DNA of 41,206 bases from Treponematales bacterium (GTDB taxonomy: Bacteria > Spirochaetota > Spirochaetia > Treponematales > UBA12059): NCBI GenBank assembly GCA_041738475.1, contig JBGSPT010000214.1:1-41206 (forward strand), given 5' to 3'. The notes below the pieces were generated by a model. That model was given only the letters and a program-made list of their open reading frames with translations. It had not been told where the DNA came from and did not search any database. Below are positions 16,580 to 25,269 of the stretch, piece by piece. The stretch's first letter is position 1, and the number at the start of each line of letters is the position of its first letter. A program made the translations under genes and the position numbers.

Positions 16580-17368
16580 ATGAATAATCCCTTGTTGGAA
16601 CATACGACCGAAGAGGAACTCTGGGTGGAGTACAAGCGGAAACGGGATCCCGCCATCCGCGAGGCCTTCATCAAACAGTACGCTCCACTGGTCAAATACG
16701 TGGCCGGGAAGGTCGCTTCCTCGATGCCCCATTCCGTGGAATTCGAGGACCTCGTCGGCTTCGGCGTCTTCGGTCTCATCGACGCCATCGACAAGTTCGA
16801 TCCCGAAAAGAACGTCAAGTTCAAGACCTACGCGGTCACCCGCATCCGGGGTGCCATCTTCGACGAGCTTAGGTCCATAGACTGGGTTCCGCGGTCGGTC
16901 CGGCAAAAGACCAAGGAGCTGGAGGAGGCGATCCAGCAGCTGGAATCCAAACTTGGGCGCCCCGCCTCGGACACGGAGATCGCCCAGGCCATGGGTGTCA
17001 CCGAGGACGAGCTGGCCAAGACCATGCTGAAGATCTCCGGCACCGCCGTCCTCTCCCTCAACGACGTGTGGTATTCCGGGGACGACGCGGACAAGATCTC
17101 CATCGGCGACAGCATCGAAAGCCCGGGCAGCCTCAACCCGGATTCCATGATCGAGAGGGAGGAGATCCGGCGGGTAATCGTCCAGGCCATCCAGGAATTG
17201 CCCGATAAGGAAAAGAAGGTGCTCGTGCTCTACTATTACGAGGAGCTCACCCTCAAGGAGATCGGACAGGTGCTCGAGGTCACTGAATCCCGGGTCAGCC
17301 AGCTGCATACCAAGGCCATACTCCGGCTGAGGGCCAAACTCACGAACATCCGGAAAGGGATCGTATAG
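16580..17368 (+). CDS. fliA: Flagellar sigma factor sigma28 (FliA/WhiG family)
   Basis: Region 2 (FGVFGLIDAIDKFDPEKNVKFKTYAVTRIRGAIFDELR), region 3, and region 4 (KEKKVLVLYYYEELTLKEIGQVLEVTESRVSQLHTKAILRLR). Confidence 0.9.
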   Translation: MNNPLLEHTTEEELWVEYKRKRDPAIREAFIKQYAPLVKYVAGKVASSMPHSVEFEDLVGFGVFGLIDAIDKFDPEKNVKFKTYAVTRIRGAIFDELRSIDWVPRSVRQKTKELEEAIQQLESKLGRPASDTEIAQAMGVTEDELAKTMLKISGTAVLSLNDVWYSGDDADKISIGDSIESPGSLNPDSMIEREEIRRVIVQAIQELPDKEKKVLVLYYYEELTLKEIGQVLEVTESRVSQLHTKAILRLRAKLTNIRKGIV

Positions 17369-17370
17369 CC

Positions 17371-19356
17371 ATGCCCGGCGCGATCGGGCTTCCGGAAATA
17401 CAGGAACTCATGCGCCGATACCTGGACGAGGACAGGGTTAAAACCTCGGTGGCCGCGGAGGGAGCGTCCCTGGAGGAGGCCCTGCGCAACGCGGCGATCC
17501 AGCTGGAGTGCCCCGTGGCTTCTTTGGATTTCGAGGTCGTGGAAAAGGGGGTTTCCGGAACCCTGGGTCTCGGACGGAAACCTTGGAAGATACGGGCATA
17601 CAAGGCTTCCGCCAAGAAAGAGGTGGCCGCCGCGGAAACCGCGTTCGGAGAGGGCATCCTCTCGGAGGATTTCGGAGCGGATCAGGAGCCGAAGGACAGG
17701 GACGGATCCGTCTTCGTGAGGCTCTCCCAGGACGGCGCCATGCTCAAGGTCATCCCCCCCGCGGGCCGGGGTCGCAAGGCTACCGAGAAAAGCGCCATGG
17801 ACAGGCTGCACGAGCGCGGGGTTCACGATATCGACGAGCCCCTCGTCCGGGAAGTCGTGCGCCTGGCTTCCGGAGAATACGTGCTGGTCGGCAAGTTCGT
17901 CATCAATCCCGCCAACGACGCCCTGATGACCGTGGACGTGGGAGACCAGGACATGAAGGCCTACGTCATGCTCACCGCGCCGGGACCCGGAGGCTGCGAC
18001 CTCTCCGCGGACTCCATCCTGTCCTTCCTGCGGAACAACAAGGTCGTGTACGGCATCAATGAGGACGTCCTGCAGGAGCTGGAGGACCGTCCCCGGTACC
18101 GGGAGCCCACCCTCGCGGCGGAAGGTTCCCGTCCCCAGAACGGCCGGGACGCCTACATGCAGTTCAACTTCAGCACCGACAAGACCGAGATCCACCTGAA
18201 GGAGAGTTCCGACGGGCGCGTCAATTTCAAGGAACTGGGCTTGATCCAGAACGTGGTGGCCGGACAGCCCTTGGCGCGCAAGGTGCCCGCGGAGAACGCG
18301 ATTCCGGGTCGGACAGTGACCGGGAAGATACTCCCCGCCCGGAACGGAAAGGACATCCCCCTGCCCCTGGGCAAGAACGTCCGCGTCTCCGAAGACGGGG
18401 TCACGGTCCTGGCGGAAATAAACGGCCAGGTGACCTATATCGGCGGAAAGATCAACGTGGAGGAAGTCTTCACGGTCCAGGGCGACGTGAACCTGAAATC
18501 CGGGAATGTCATGTTCCTGGGTACGGTGCTCGTGCAGGGTAACGTGGAGGACGGCTTCATCGTAAAGGCCTCGGGAAACATCGAAGTACACGGAAACGTA
18601 GGTAAAAGCGAGCTCGTGGCCGAGGGCGACATCATCGTCCATCAGGGTATCACGGGAAAATCGGGGGGCTCCATCCTCGCGGGCAAGAACGTCTGGGCGA
18701 AATTCATAGAAAACGCCAAGGTCGAGGCCGGCGAGTCCGTCATCGTGTCCGACGGCATCGTAAACTCCGACGTCACCGCCAACAAGAAGATCATCTGCCA
18801 GGGAAAACGCGCCGCCATGGTCGGCGGGCACTTCCGAGCCTGCGAGGAGATCAACACCAAGACCCTGGGCTCCCCCGTGGGCGGCACCGAGACGGTCTGC
18901 GAAGTCGGCTACGACCCCAAGAGCAAGGAGCGGATGGACCATCTCAACCAACAGGTTTCCCAGTTGAAGCACCAGATCGAGGAGATGGACAAGAACATCT
19001 CCACCCTCCAGATCCTCAAGAAACAGCGGAAGACCCTGCCGGACGAGAAGGAGGCCATACTCCAGGAGAGCGTGGCCAAACGCGGGGAGATCGCGGAAGA
19101 AGCCGCAGGGCTTGCCAAGGAGATCGAATCCATACAGGCCTATCTTACCAATCTGAAGACCCGGGGCAAGGTCAGCGTCTCCGGCAAGGCCCACCCCGGG
19201 GTCCGGATCATCATCAAGGACGTGGTGGAGGAGCTCAAGACCGACCAGAAGGGTATAACCTTCTACCTGGACAACATGCTGATCAAGAAGACGAAGTACG
19301 AGGAATTGGACGACGAAAACGTCCGCAGGGGGCCGGATGCCTATAAAGCCGATTGA
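17371..19356 (+). CDS. DUF342/FapA-family protein (flagellar-assembly-associated, beta-helix repeats plus C-terminal coiled coil)
   Basis: The repetitive G-x-V/I beta-helix region (GNVMFLGTVLVQGNVEDGFIVKASGNIEVHGNVGKSELVAEGDIIVHQGI...) and the KRAAMVGGHFRACEEINTKTLGSPVGGTETVCEVGYDP motif are characteristic of DUF342. It starts 3 nt after the fliA stop. Confidence 0.8.
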   Translation: MPGAIGLPEIQELMRRYLDEDRVKTSVAAEGASLEEALRNAAIQLECPVASLDFEVVEKGVSGTLGLGRKPWKIRAYKASAKKEVAAAETAFGEGILSEDFGADQEPKDRDGSVFVRLSQDGAMLKVIPPAGRGRKATEKSAMDRLHERGVHDIDEPLVREVVRLASGEYVLVGKFVINPANDALMTVDVGDQDMKAYVMLTAPGPGGCDLSADSILSFLRNNKVVYGINEDVLQELEDRPRYREPTLAAEGSRPQNGRDAYMQFNFSTDKTEIHLKESSDGRVNFKELGLIQNVVAGQPLARKVPAENAIPGRTVTGKILPARNGKDIPLPLGKNVRVSEDGVTVLAEINGQVTYIGGKINVEEVFTVQGDVNLKSGNVMFLGTVLVQGNVEDGFIVKASGNIEVHGNVGKSELVAEGDIIVHQGITGKSGGSILAGKNVWAKFIENAKVEAGESVIVSDGIVNSDVTANKKIICQGKRAAMVGGHFRACEEINTKTLGSPVGGTETVCEVGYDPKSKERMDHLNQQVSQLKHQIEEMDKNISTLQILKKQRKTLPDEKEAILQESVAKRGEIAEEAAGLAKEIESIQAYLTNLKTRGKVSVSGKAHPGVRIIIKDVVEELKTDQKGITFYLDNMLIKKTKYEELDDENVRRGPDAYKAD

Positions 19357-19660
19357 CCTCCAGACCCTGTTCCTGCAGATGAATCAGGTCAGCAAGGAGC
19401 AGGCGGCCGCCAAGGACGGAGCCGTTCTTCAGCAGTCCATCCAGGGGGCCGTCCTGGCCAAGAAACGGGAGGACGAAGTCCGTTCCGTCCAGAAGCCCCA
19501 GGCTGACGAGGGAACCGGCAGGATCGGCGACCGTGAATCCGGCTCCGAAGCCGGGGAGGAATCGGAAGGCCGGAAGCGCGGCCGGAATCCCGAGGAGTCC
19601 GATGAGCCGGAGGTCGTGAAGGATCCCGACCTGGGCCGCCGGATCGATATCCAAGGATAG
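19337..19660 (+). CDS. Small hypothetical protein (107 aa, charged)
   Basis: The ATG follows GCAGGGGG and the ORF overlaps the DUF342 gene end by 20 nt. The N-terminus MPIKPIDLQTLFLQMNQVSKEQ is helical-looking and the remainder is acidic and disordered. Support comes only from context and coupling. Confidence 0.4.
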   Translation: MPIKPIDLQTLFLQMNQVSKEQAAAKDGAVLQQSIQGAVLAKKREDEVRSVQKPQADEGTGRIGDRESGSEAGEESEGRKRGRNPEESDEPEVVKDPDLGRRIDIQG

Positions 19661-19662
19661 CC

Positions 19663-20391
19663 ATGACGCAGTTCTCAGTCCTTCTCGCCGTGAACCTGGC
19701 CGGCTTGGTCCTTATATTCCTCTATGTCCGCGGGCGCATACGGAAGGCCCTGGAGGTGGAAGGACTTCAGGAACGGCTGAGGGAAGAGCTGGGCCAGCTC
19801 GTCCGGGACCTGAACCAGACTACGGATCGAAATATCACGCTCCTCGAGGACGCCGTGCGTTCCCTGAAAGATGCGGTGGTCGAGGCGGATCGCAGGGCGG
19901 TGGTGCTCCGCAGGGAAGCCGAGCGGAGGATCCAGGAAGGGGCCGTGTACGACAGGATGGGGCGCATGCGGCAGACGGCTTCCGTCGGCGGAGAACCCGA
20001 CCGTACGGATGGCGCTCCGGTGCCCGTGGGACGCGCAGTCGGGCACCCGGTATCCTCATCGCGGGATCCGGAACCATATCAGGCCGACCGGAAAGATCCG
20101 GCCCGGCCCGGCGCGCCCGGGAGCCCCAGAACCGTACCCCGTTCCGAGGCCGGGCACGACTTTCCGGGCGCCGGGCCAGCGCCGCTTCAGCCTTCCATAC
20201 CCTTCGTCTCCTTCTCCTCCACGCCCTTGAGATCCGCCCCTCCCCTCAAGGAGGAGGTGCTGTCTTTGAACCGTCGGGGAATCTCCTCGGATCTCATCGC
20301 GGCAAAGCTGGGGGTCACGGTGGCCGAGGTCGAGCTGATCGTGTCCCTGGAGGAGCAGAAAGGCCTGGCGGGCCGGGAGGGGGAACCGTGA
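19663..20391 (+). CDS. Hypothetical membrane-anchored protein with coiled coil and a C-terminal HTH-like motif
   Basis: N-terminal TM (FSVLLAVNLAGLVLIFLYV) and a coiled coil (LQERLREELGQLVRDLNQTTDRNITLLEDAVRSLKD). The C-terminus LNRRGISSDLIAAKLGVTVAEVELIVSLEE resembles a small HTH. It starts 3 nt after the preceding stop, and its stop overlaps the next gene's start (GTGA). Confidence 0.5.
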   Translation: MTQFSVLLAVNLAGLVLIFLYVRGRIRKALEVEGLQERLREELGQLVRDLNQTTDRNITLLEDAVRSLKDAVVEADRRAVVLRREAERRIQEGAVYDRMGRMRQTASVGGEPDRTDGAPVPVGRAVGHPVSSSRDPEPYQADRKDPARPGAPGSPRTVPRSEAGHDFPGAGPAPLQPSIPFVSFSSTPLRSAPPLKEEVLSLNRRGISSDLIAAKLGVTVAEVELIVSLEEQKGLAGREGEP

Positions 20392-22055
20392 CCCGCAGCA
20401 TGCTGGGCATCGACTTCGGCACCACAAATACCCTGTGCGCCTGGATCGATAACCAAAAGCCCCAGATGATTCCGAACGACCGGGGCAGCCGAACCACTCC
20501 ATCCGTGGTAGCCCTTTCCCATTCCGGCGAGATCCTGGTGGGCGAATCCGCGAAAAACCAGGCGGTCGCGTCTCCCCGGATGACCGTGGCCGGGATCAAG
20601 CGGCGCCTGGGAAGCCGGGACCCCCTCCGCCTAGGCGGACGGTCCTTCCTGCCCGAGGAGGCGGCTTCCTGGATCTTCGCCAAGGTGAAGCGGGACGCTG
20701 AGTCCTTCCTGGGTTTTCCGGTCGAACAGGCGGTTGTTTCCGTGCCCGCCCGCTTCGGGGAGGCCCAGCGCAGGGCCGTCAAGGAAGCCGCCCGACGGGC
20801 GGGCCTCGAGGTTCCCAGGCTGGTGAACGAGCCTACCGCGGCAGCGGTAGCCCGGGCCTTCTTGAATCCCGGGGACTCCGATTCCGAACGGATCGTGCTG
20901 GTCTACGATTTCGGGGGGGGGACCTTCGACGTGACAGTCCTCGCCGCCCGGGGGCGTACCTGCGAGGTACTTTCCTCGGCGGGGGATGACCGGCTGGGAG
21001 GCATGGATATCGACCTTCTGCTCTACCGCGAGGCGGCCGAGGCGTTTCGCCGGGACTGGGGAGTGGATCCGGATTCGGATCCCTTCCTGGCCCAGCAGCT
21101 CATGGACCTTTCCGAGCGGGCTAAGATCGAGCTTTCGTCCCGAACCGAGGCTTCCATTACCATTCCCTTCCTCAACGCGGGGAAAGGCGTCGCCCATCCC
21201 TCCTTCGACCTCGGTCGTGATCGGCTGGAGGACCTTCTCCGGCCCCTGGCGGAACGGAGCCTTGCCCTGGTCCGGACCGCCCTCGACGAGGCGGGCAAAA
21301 AACCCCGGGAAGTGGGCGCCCTCGTGCTGTCCGGAGGATCCAGCCGAATTCCCCTGGTCCGGAGGATGATCGCGGAGCTTCTGCCACTGGAACCTGAGGG
21401 CCGGGTGAATCCCGAGGAGATCGTCGCGGTCGGCGCGGCGGTGGAGGCCGCGATCCTGTCGGGACGGGCTGGCGGATTCTCGGTGCGGGACGTCAATTCC
21501 AGGACCTACGGGGTGGAGATCGAGGGAGGCCGCTTCGTGGAGCTTCTTCCTAGGAACGAGCCCCTGCCTGCGCGGAAGCGCAGGGTGTTCACGACGGTCG
21601 CGGACGATCAGGAGTCCGTGGAGATCCATATCCTCCAAGGAGATTCGGGTTCCGCCGCGGAGAACACCTCCCTGGGACGATTCCTGCTGCCCGGTATTCG
21701 TAAGGCCGGCAGGGGAGAGCCGAAGATACAGGTCGAGTTTTCCATCGACGAGAGCGACCTGTTGCGGGTGCGCGCCTTGGATCTGGATACCCGCACGGAG
21801 CAGGCGGTGGTCGTCACGGGTTCCGGCGCGGACTCCGGGGATTCGGAAAAGCTCGCGCGCCTGGCCGCCCGGGTCCGGGCCCTTGCCGACTCGGAGGACA
21901 TCGACAACGGTTTCCGCTCCGAGGTCGAGGAAATCCTCGCCCGGGCCGCGGCGGCCGTGGATTCCGGGTCCGAAGAGGATCGGAGGCTTGCCCGGTCTTC
22001 GCTGGAGGCGGTGATCGGGGAACTCCTGGCCCTGAAGAGGGTCGCCTTCCCATGA
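20388..22055 (+). CDS. Hsp70-family ATPase paralogue with a shortened C-terminal lid (555 aa)
   Basis: Phosphate-1 motif GIDFGTTNT, VSVPARFGEAQRRAVKEAARRAGLEVPRLVNEPTAAAV, phosphate-2 motif VYDFGGGTFDVTVL, and adenosine motif LVLSGGSSRIPLV. A beta-sandwich SBD is present (VEIHILQGDSGSAAENTSLGRFLL...IQVEFSIDESDLLRV), with only about 70 aa after it. GGAGG lies 7 nt before GTG 20388. Confidence 0.85.
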   Translation: MTRSMLGIDFGTTNTLCAWIDNQKPQMIPNDRGSRTTPSVVALSHSGEILVGESAKNQAVASPRMTVAGIKRRLGSRDPLRLGGRSFLPEEAASWIFAKVKRDAESFLGFPVEQAVVSVPARFGEAQRRAVKEAARRAGLEVPRLVNEPTAAAVARAFLNPGDSDSERIVLVYDFGGGTFDVTVLAARGRTCEVLSSAGDDRLGGMDIDLLLYREAAEAFRRDWGVDPDSDPFLAQQLMDLSERAKIELSSRTEASITIPFLNAGKGVAHPSFDLGRDRLEDLLRPLAERSLALVRTALDEAGKKPREVGALVLSGGSSRIPLVRRMIAELLPLEPEGRVNPEEIVAVGAAVEAAILSGRAGGFSVRDVNSRTYGVEIEGGRFVELLPRNEPLPARKRRVFTTVADDQESVEIHILQGDSGSAAENTSLGRFLLPGIRKAGRGEPKIQVEFSIDESDLLRVRALDLDTRTEQAVVVTGSGADSGDSEKLARLAARVRALADSEDIDNGFRSEVEEILARAAAAVDSGSEEDRRLARSSLEAVIGELLALKRVAFP

Positions 22056-22660
22056 GGAGCGATCGGGAGCTCTGGGCCGTGTTCGGCCTGCCGCCGGGCG
22101 CGGATTCCCGGGACTTGAAGCGGGCGTTCCGCCAGCTCACAAAGCGTTATCATCCCGACTCGTCCAAGGATCCCGCCACGGCCCGGCGGTTTTCCCGGGT
22201 CGTCCGCGTGTACAAGCTCCTGTCCCTGAAGACCGGGGAGCCCCGGGAGGACTCGAAGGGGGAGCCCTTCCTCGACCGGGAGGAGGACCTTTTCGCCCTG
22301 GGTACCGAGTTTACAGTTTCCCGGGACGAACGCACCCGAGTGGAGGCGGTGAAGCGGCTGGGGCTGTCCGGCAAGAAGAGCGCCTATATCTTCCTGCGAA
22401 AGGCCCTGTACGACGATTCCCCGGAAGTAGCGGCCCAGGCGGTCCGATCCGTGGCACTTCTGGGAATCCGACAGGCGGACGGGGAGATCGCCAGCCTCTT
22501 TTCCCGTTCCGGCCCGGGCCTTAAAAAAACGATCCTGGAGACGGCCCGGGGGACCCGGGAACCCGTGTTCCTCCCGGCGCTGAGGGCGGCCGCTTCGGAT
22601 CCGAACGGGGAGGTCTCCGCGGCGGCGTCGGAGATCCTGGGCCTTATCCTGGGCTGTTGA
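22052..22660 (+). CDS. J-domain protein with C-terminal HEAT/PBS-lyase-like repeats (202 aa)
   Basis: J-domain with an HPD tripeptide (DLKRAFRQLTKRYHPDSSKD). This is followed by RVEAVKRLGLSG...YDDSPEVAAQAVRSVALLG...AASDPNGEVSAAASEIL, which looks like HEAT repeats. There is no G/F or Zn-finger region. ATGA overlap with the Hsp70 paralogue. Confidence 0.8.
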   Translation: MRSDRELWAVFGLPPGADSRDLKRAFRQLTKRYHPDSSKDPATARRFSRVVRVYKLLSLKTGEPREDSKGEPFLDREEDLFALGTEFTVSRDERTRVEAVKRLGLSGKKSAYIFLRKALYDDSPEVAAQAVRSVALLGIRQADGEIASLFSRSGPGLKKTILETARGTREPVFLPALRAAASDPNGEVSAAASEILGLILGC

Positions 22661-22702
22661 TCTCGGGTTCCGGGAACCGGAAGGAGGCAGGTATTCGGCC
22701 CT

Positions 22703-24067
22703 TCATTCCTCCGGCCGGGCGCCGTCGATACCGTATTCCTGGAGTTTCTGGTACAGGGTCTTGCGCCCGATGCCCAGGATTTCCGCGGTCCGGCTTTTAT
22801 TGCCCCCCTGGGCGGCCAGGGTCTCCCGTATCAGTATCTTTTCCGCCTCCGCCAGGGAGGAGCCTGAGGGGACCCGGATCGTGTCGTCCTCCTGGGCCTC
22901 CCGGATTCCCGGCGGCAGGTCCTCCAGGGTGACCAGGCTGCCTCTGGCCAGGACGACGGAACTTTCAACGCAGTTCCGGAGCTCCCGGACGTTTCCGGGC
23001 CAGGTATACGCGAAGAAGGCTGCCCGCACCTTCGTATCGAACCCCTCGAGGCTCTTGCCGTTCTCCTCGGAGAATTCCCGCAAGAACGCGCCCGCCAGGA
23101 GCGGTATATCGTCCTTCCGTTCCCTGAGGGGCGGGACATGGATGTTGACCACGTTCAGCCGATAGTAGAGATCTTCCCGGAAGCTTCCCCGCTCGATCTC
23201 CGCCTTGAGGTCACGGTTGGTGGCCGCGATCACGCGGACATCCACCTCCAGGGTTTCCTCGCCTCCGACCCGTTCGAATTTCCGTTCCTGCAGCACCCGG
23301 AGAATCTTGATCTGGACGTTCTGGTTGATCTCACCGATCTCGTCCAGGAAGAGAGTTCCCTCGTTGGCGAGTTCGAAGCGGCCCCGTTTCCTGCCCGCCG
23401 CCCCCGTAAACGCCCCCTTCTCATGGCCGAAGAGCTCGCTTTCCAGCAGGGACTCCGCGAGGGCTGCGCAGTGGACCTTCACGAAGGGCTTGTCCGCCCG
23501 GGGGGAAAGGTTGTGCAGGGCGTCCGCGATGAGTTCCTTGCCGACCCCGCTTTCCCCGGTGATGAGGACGCTTGCCCGGGTGGGCGCCACACGGCGGAGG
23601 ACATCGAAGATCTTCTTCATCTCCGGACTGCGGCCGATGATCGAGGAGATCCTCTTCTGGCTTTCTATCTCCCCCTGGAGTTCCTGGTTCTGGCGTTCGA
23701 GCTCCCGGCTTTCCAGGGCGCGGCGGATCAGCAGGGACAGGTGGTCCAGGTTGACCGGCTTGGTGATAAAGTCGAAGGCTCCCCCGCGCATGGAATCCAC
23801 GGCGTCCTCAATGGTCCCGTGCCCGGTCAGGACGATCACGGGCATCCCGGGATAGGCCCCGGCGACGCGCTTGAGGATTTCGTTTCCGGAGAGTTTCGGC
23901 ATGCGCAGGTCCGTGACGATCAGGTCGATGCGGCCCTCCTGCACGGCCCGCATCGCCTCCTCGCCGTCCGCGGCCAGGGCCACGTCATAGCCGTCCAGCC
24001 GCAGGGCCTCCGCCAGCCCTTCCCGGATGTTCCGCTCGTCGTCCGCCACAAGGATCGTGAATTTCAA
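22703..24067 (-). CDS. Sigma54-dependent response regulator / enhancer-binding protein (REC-AAA+-Fis HTH; NtrC/Rrp2-like)
   Basis: REC domain (ILVADDE...DLIVTDLRMPKLSG), Walker A GESGVGKE, the sigma54-contact loop GAFTGA (HEKGAFTGAAG), and a C-terminal HTH (NKSRTAEILGIGRKTLYQKL). The proposed TTG 24067 start (MKFTILVADDE) follows GGGGAGG. It overlaps the kinase stop by 2 nt. The ORF-track ATG is at 24100. Confidence 0.9.
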   Translation of the reverse strand: MKFTILVADDERNIREGLAEALRLDGYDVALAADGEEAMRAVQEGRIDLIVTDLRMPKLSGNEILKRVAGAYPGMPVIVLTGHGTIEDAVDSMRGGAFDFITKPVNLDHLSLLIRRALESRELERQNQELQGEIESQKRISSIIGRSPEMKKIFDVLRRVAPTRASVLITGESGVGKELIADALHNLSPRADKPFVKVHCAALAESLLESELFGHEKGAFTGAAGRKRGRFELANEGTLFLDEIGEINQNVQIKILRVLQERKFERVGGEETLEVDVRVIAATNRDLKAEIERGSFREDLYYRLNVVNIHVPPLRERKDDIPLLAGAFLREFSEENGKSLEGFDTKVRAAFFAYTWPGNVRELRNCVESSVVLARGSLVTLEDLPPGIREAQEDDTIRVPSGSSLAEAEKILIRETLAAQGGNKSRTAEILGIGRKTLYQKLQEYGIDGARPEE

Positions 24068-25269
24068 GATGCCTCCCCGGCCCGGAACTCCGCGGTCCAT
24101 GCCTCCGAGCCCGAGTCGTGGGACAGAAGGCGGCGCTCCGCGGGAGGCAGGGGCAGGGTGATGGTGAACGCCGTGCCCTCGCCCTCCTTGGATCGGACCC
24201 CGATCTCCCCGCCGTGCTCCTTGATGATCTTGAAGGTCAGGGTGAGCCCGAGGCCCGTACCCGTCTCCTTGGTCGTGAAATAGGGTTCGAAGATCTTGGG
24301 AAGGTTTTCCTCGGGGATTCCCGTGCCCGTATCCGCCACGGTCAGGAGAATCCCGTCGTCTCCCCGGTCGGTGCTCAAGGTCAGGGTTCCGCCCCGGGGC
24401 ATGGCCGCCAGGGCGTTCTGCACGAGGTTCAGGACGGCCTGCTTCATGTACCGGGGATCCAGGCTCAGGCGCGGAACCGCGGGGGAGAGGTTGCGCTCCA
24501 GCCTGACCGCGGCCCGGTCGATCTCCGGGGCCAGAAAATCCAGGAGGTCCGAGATGAGTCCGTTCAGGTCGGTTTCCATGGGGTTGATGTCCATCGGGCG
24601 GACCGCGAACAGGAAGTCCACGACGATCCTGTTGAGCCGGTCTATCTCCTCGTCCACCACGTCGAGGTAGCGGTGGATGGTCCCGGAGCGCTCGTCGCAG
24701 GACGCCTTGAGGGCCTTCCGCATCAGCTGGACGTGGATGGAAAGGGATCCCAGGGGATTCTTGATCTCGTGGGCGACCCCCGCGGCCAGGGTCGTGAGGG
24801 AGGCGAGATTTTCCGCCCGCCTGAGCTGGGCTTCCTTCCGGCGCTTGTCCGTGACCTCCTCGACATGGATCAGGTTCCCGCGGATCCGCTGGTCCCGCAC
24901 CAGGGGACTGATCGTGATCGACACGATCCGCGTGGAGCCCTTGGAGTCCAGGGCGAACTCCCGGTCCATGCGGGTTTCCTCGCTCTCAAGGGTTTCCCGG
25001 AGGAATCCCGCGATCTCCTCGTCCGCTACGCTTTCCCAGACGGGCCGGTCGTACACGTCCAGGTAGGCCAGGGGCAGAAGGCGCTCGGCGGACTTGTTGA
25101 AGAGGGTGGGCCGATGGCCGGAATCGCATACGACGATCCCGTCCAGCATGGAGTCCAACACCGTGCCCATCCTCTCGTTCTCATCCGCGAGGATGGCAAG
25201 GAGCCTGCGGATCTGCTCCTCGTTCATGCGGGGGGCCTTGGCCAGGGCCCGTTCCAGGAACCTTCTCAC
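24064..25269 (-). CDS. Cytoplasmic PAS-domain sensor histidine kinase (HisKA + HATPase_c; Hk2/NtrB-like)
   Basis: PAS domain (VLDSMLDGIVVCDSGHRPTLFNKSAERLL), H-box AAGVAHEIKNPLGSL, N-box LNLVQNALAAM, G1 motif DTGTGIPEE, and G2 motif GTGLGLTLT. No TM segment. GTG 25269 forms a GTGA overlap with the holB stop. An alternative start is ATG 25227. The track start at 25623 runs through holB and is rejected. Confidence 0.85.
   Translation of the reverse strand: MRRFLERALAKAPRMNEEQIRRLLAILADENERMGTVLDSMLDGIVVCDSGHRPTLFNKSAERLLPLAYLDVYDRPVWESVADEEIAGFLRETLESEETRMDREFALDSKGSTRIVSITISPLVRDQRIRGNLIHVEEVTDKRRKEAQLRRAENLASLTTLAAGVAHEIKNPLGSLSIHVQLMRKALKASCDERSGTIHRYLDVVDEEIDRLNRIVVDFLFAVRPMDINPMETDLNGLISDLLDFLAPEIDRAAVRLERNLSPAVPRLSLDPRYMKQAVLNLVQNALAAMPRGGTLTLSTDRGDDGILLTVADTGTGIPEENLPKIFEPYFTTKETGTGLGLTLTFKIIKEHGGEIGVRSKEGEGTAFTITLPLPPAERRLLSHDSGSEAWTAEFRAGEAS

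Noticed and set aside
17236-19194. A 652-aa minus-strand ORF covering the DUF342/FapA gene.
   Set aside because: It is antisense to a protein with clear DUF342 repeats. It has no RBS or recognisable domain, and it would also overlap the fliA 3' end.
22661-22702. An expected bidirectional terminator between the convergent J-domain gene and the EBP gene.
   Set aside because: Only a 5-bp GGTTC/GAACC stem is present, with no U-tract. Termination here may be Rho-dependent.
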